DNA from: Gammaproteobacteria bacterium
Lineage (GTDB): Bacteria > Pseudomonadota > Gammaproteobacteria > SZUA-229
Assembly: GCA_026196545.1 (NCBI GenBank)
Contig: JAPHSZ010000022.1
Coordinates: 1 to 39,762, forward strand
Direction: 5' to 3'
DNA length: 39,762 nt
The notes beneath the pieces were generated by a model. The model ran no database searches. It was not told where the DNA came from and saw nothing but the letters and a program-made list of their open reading frames with translations. The position numbers and the translations under genes were made by a program. Shown piece by piece: positions 37,681-39,762 of this stretch (positions are counted from its first letter, which is position 1; the number at the start of each line of letters is the position of its first letter).

Positions 37681-38336
37681 GCAGCAGGCTCAATCGACTC
37701 TGATTGATTGAATTCTGAAGAGCCTAAATCCTGGCGCTTCAACTGCAGCCAGTGACTTGAATTCCCTGAAGCAATCGCCTTATCATATGCAATGCGTGCC
37801 TGCTCAAGTTCACCTTTGGCAGCAAACATATCGCCTTTAAGCTCTTCATACAAAGCATCAAAGGCCGCAGAATGTTTTACCGATAGCAAAGCCTCTGCCC
37901 TGTCATATTCTTCCTGCGCAATCATCAGCCTGGCCAGTCTCAGTTGAGCCACATACACCATTTCTTCATCAATGGCATTATCAACAACCCATTGCAGACG
38001 TGAAGCCGCCTGCTCGTTATTCCCAGCTGCTATTTCATGCTTGGCCACGGCCATTGCAGACAGAGCGGCATAAGGTGTATCAGCATAACCCGCCTGCAAC
38101 TTGTCAGCTGAGGCTAAATCAAGTTCACTAGCTGAACTAGCCTCAACCTGCGCAACAAGTGCGACATACATATCACTAGCCTCAACACCGTGCTGATATT
38201 GCGTCTGCTGATAGAAATTCCAGCCCCCCAGTGAGAAGCCGCCAATAGCCAGTCCAATTAATAATGAACTAGCATTTTCTTTCAACCATTTTTTAACAGC
38301 TTCTACCTGCTGTTCTTCTGTTTCAAAATCTTGCAT
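37677..38336 (-). CDS. yfgM: Ancillary SecYEG translocon subunit YfgM (TPR)
   Basis: ETEEQQVEAVKKWLKEN, TM, TPRs, ELKGD; in the hisS-yfgM-bamB-der order. Confidence 0.92.
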   Translation of the reverse strand: MQDFETEEQQVEAVKKWLKENASSLLIGLAIGGFSLGGWNFYQQTQYQHGVEASDMYVALVAQVEASSASELDLASADKLQAGYADTPYAALSAMAVAKHEIAAGNNEQAASRLQWVVDNAIDEEMVYVAQLRLARLMIAQEEYDRAEALLSVKHSAAFDALYEELKGDMFAAKGELEQARIAYDKAIASGNSSHWLQLKRQDLGSSEFNQSESIEPAA

Positions 38337-38345
38337 TACATTTTC

Positions 38346-39608
38346 CTAATTATTTTTCTGTAAAAAATTAATAAGCTCGCCCTGATCAACAACCTGCTGA
38401 CCTCTGTCTTCACGCATATACTTAACAACAACCTGACCTGGTTCATCATCACCCACAAACAGAACTAGCTCAGCACCACTATTACCCGCTTTTTTCATCT
38501 GCGATTTATGCGAACCACTACCACAATGCATTTGTATCTTTAATCCCGGCAATGCATCACGCAAAGACTCTGATAACCTTAAAGCCCGTTCAATATCCGC
38601 TGGTGATTTTGGTATCAAATAAACATCCATCGGCTTTTCCTGAAATGAAACCCCGGTTTCTTCCATCAAGGCCAGTAAACGCTCTACACCAATCGCAAAA
38701 CCCGCAGCAGGTGAAGTTTTTCCACCTAACTGTTCAACCAGGCCATCGTAACGCCCACCGGCACATACCGTACCCTGCGCGCCGAGACTTTCCGTCACCC
38801 ATTCAAATACCGTTTTGCAATAATAATCCAGGCCGCGAACCAGTCTTGGATTGATTGTGTATTTAATATCCGCTGCATCCAGATAGACTTTTAATCGTTC
38901 AAAATGTTCCACTGATTCATCATCAAGATGGTCATGCAGATCAGGTGCATTGGTGATCAGGGTTTCCATCTCGGGATTTTTGCTATCGAGCACGCGCAAT
39001 GGGTTTTTGTAAATCCGGCGCAAACTGTCTTCGTCCAGCTGATCACGATGTGTTTCGAGATATTCTACCAGTACCTTACGATATTCTTCTCTAGAGGCGG
39101 CACTTCCCAACGTATTCAATTCAAGACGTAAATCTTTTAGACCCAGATCACGCCATAAACGTGAACTCATAATAATCAGTTCAGCATCAATATCCGCATC
39201 AGCAATACCAAATGCTTCAACACCCAGCTGATGAAATTGCCTATAACGGCCTTTCTGTGGGCGCTCATGTCGAAACATCGGCCCCATATACCAGAGACGA
39301 CGAACCTGATTGTGCAAAATTCCATGCTGTATACCCGCCCTGACACAGCTCGCCGTTCCCTCGGGACGCAAAGTCAAACGGTCTCCATTTCTGTCATCAA
39401 AGGTATACATTTCCTTTTCAACGATGTCTGTTACTTCACCAATCGAACGGCAAAACAAATCTGTAGATTCAACAATTGGCGTACGAATCTCACTATACAC
39501 ATAGGAATCCATTAACTGCCTGACTTTTGACTCAAAAGCCTGCCAACGCGGTGAATCTTCAGGCAATACATCATGCATACCACGAATGGATTTAAGAGAT
39601 TTAGCCAT
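38346..39608 (-). CDS. hisS: Histidine--tRNA ligase
   Basis: [44 protein letters not shown]. Confidence 0.99.
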   Translation of the reverse strand: MAKSLKSIRGMHDVLPEDSPRWQAFESKVRQLMDSYVYSEIRTPIVESTDLFCRSIGEVTDIVEKEMYTFDDRNGDRLTLRPEGTASCVRAGIQHGILHNQVRRLWYMGPMFRHERPQKGRYRQFHQLGVEAFGIADADIDAELIIMSSRLWRDLGLKDLRLELNTLGSAASREEYRKVLVEYLETHRDQLDEDSLRRIYKNPLRVLDSKNPEMETLITNAPDLHDHLDDESVEHFERLKVYLDAADIKYTINPRLVRGLDYYCKTVFEWVTESLGAQGTVCAGGRYDGLVEQLGGKTSPAAGFAIGVERLLALMEETGVSFQEKPMDVYLIPKSPADIERALRLSESLRDALPGLKIQMHCGSGSHKSQMKKAGNSGAELVLFVGDDEPGQVVVKYMREDRGQQVVDQGELINFLQKNN

Positions 39609-39628
39609 GAAAATTGAATCTATTTAGG

Positions 39629-39762
39629 TTAATGAAATACAACCTGTTGCTGATCAACAGATACTTTAAAACGCGCTACATTATTTTTACGTATGTATTT
39701 TTCAATATTTACCGACATATCGTTTACCACTACTTTTACCTGTGGCGCATCACCAAGAAAAA
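39629..39762 (-). CDS. rodZ: RodZ C-terminal (DUF4115) domain, 5'-truncated at the window edge
   Basis: Manual translation FLGDAPQVKVVVNDMSVNIEKYIRKNNVARFKVSVDQQQVVFH* resembles the RodZ terminus (G.P..V.......V.L...IR.N.VAR). RodZ is the expected gene upstream of hisS. Confidence 0.8.
   Translation of the reverse strand, partial: FLGDAPQVKVVVNDMSVNIEKYIRKNNVARFKVSVDQQQVVFH

Noticed and set aside
1-39762. tRNA/rRNA genes, CRISPR arrays, integrase, transposase or prophage genes
   Set aside because: Intergenic gaps are short and show no cloverleaf or repeat-spacer pattern, and no ORF has mobile-element motifs.

Overview
A core-chromosome window from a Gammaproteobacterium; gene order resembles Chromatiales/Thiotrichales/Pseudomonadales-type organisms (inference). 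Almost all genes are on the minus strand. In minus-strand reading order it holds: the end of rodZ, then hisS-yfgM-bamB-der; a porin-like beta-barrel and a Sel1/coiled-coil protein; mrcB (PBP1B)-lpoP-like-yoaA-tsaB; prfB (programmed +1 frameshift)-lysS; ygfZ-DUF938 (+); sdhCDAB-sdhE-DUF6316-ygfX; a methyltransferase/kinase pair (+); DUF1249; the gyrA-serC-serA-pheA-hisC-tyrA-aroA-cmk-rpsA-ihfB-lapB-pyrF supraoperon; comEA; and a long ORF missing from the supplied track that runs off the left edge. I found no tRNA, rRNA, CRISPR array, prophage or transposase. The most unusual item is that left-edge protein, which has an HPD-less J-like N-terminus, a TM helix and exact 72-aa tandem repeats. Other candidates are the porin + Sel1-tether pair in front of PBP1B/LpoP, the orphan methyltransferase-kinase pair, the absence of ispG and lapA from their usual slots, and a REP-like palindrome with mirror-image compositional skew. 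Family assignments come from motif recognition, not database searches.
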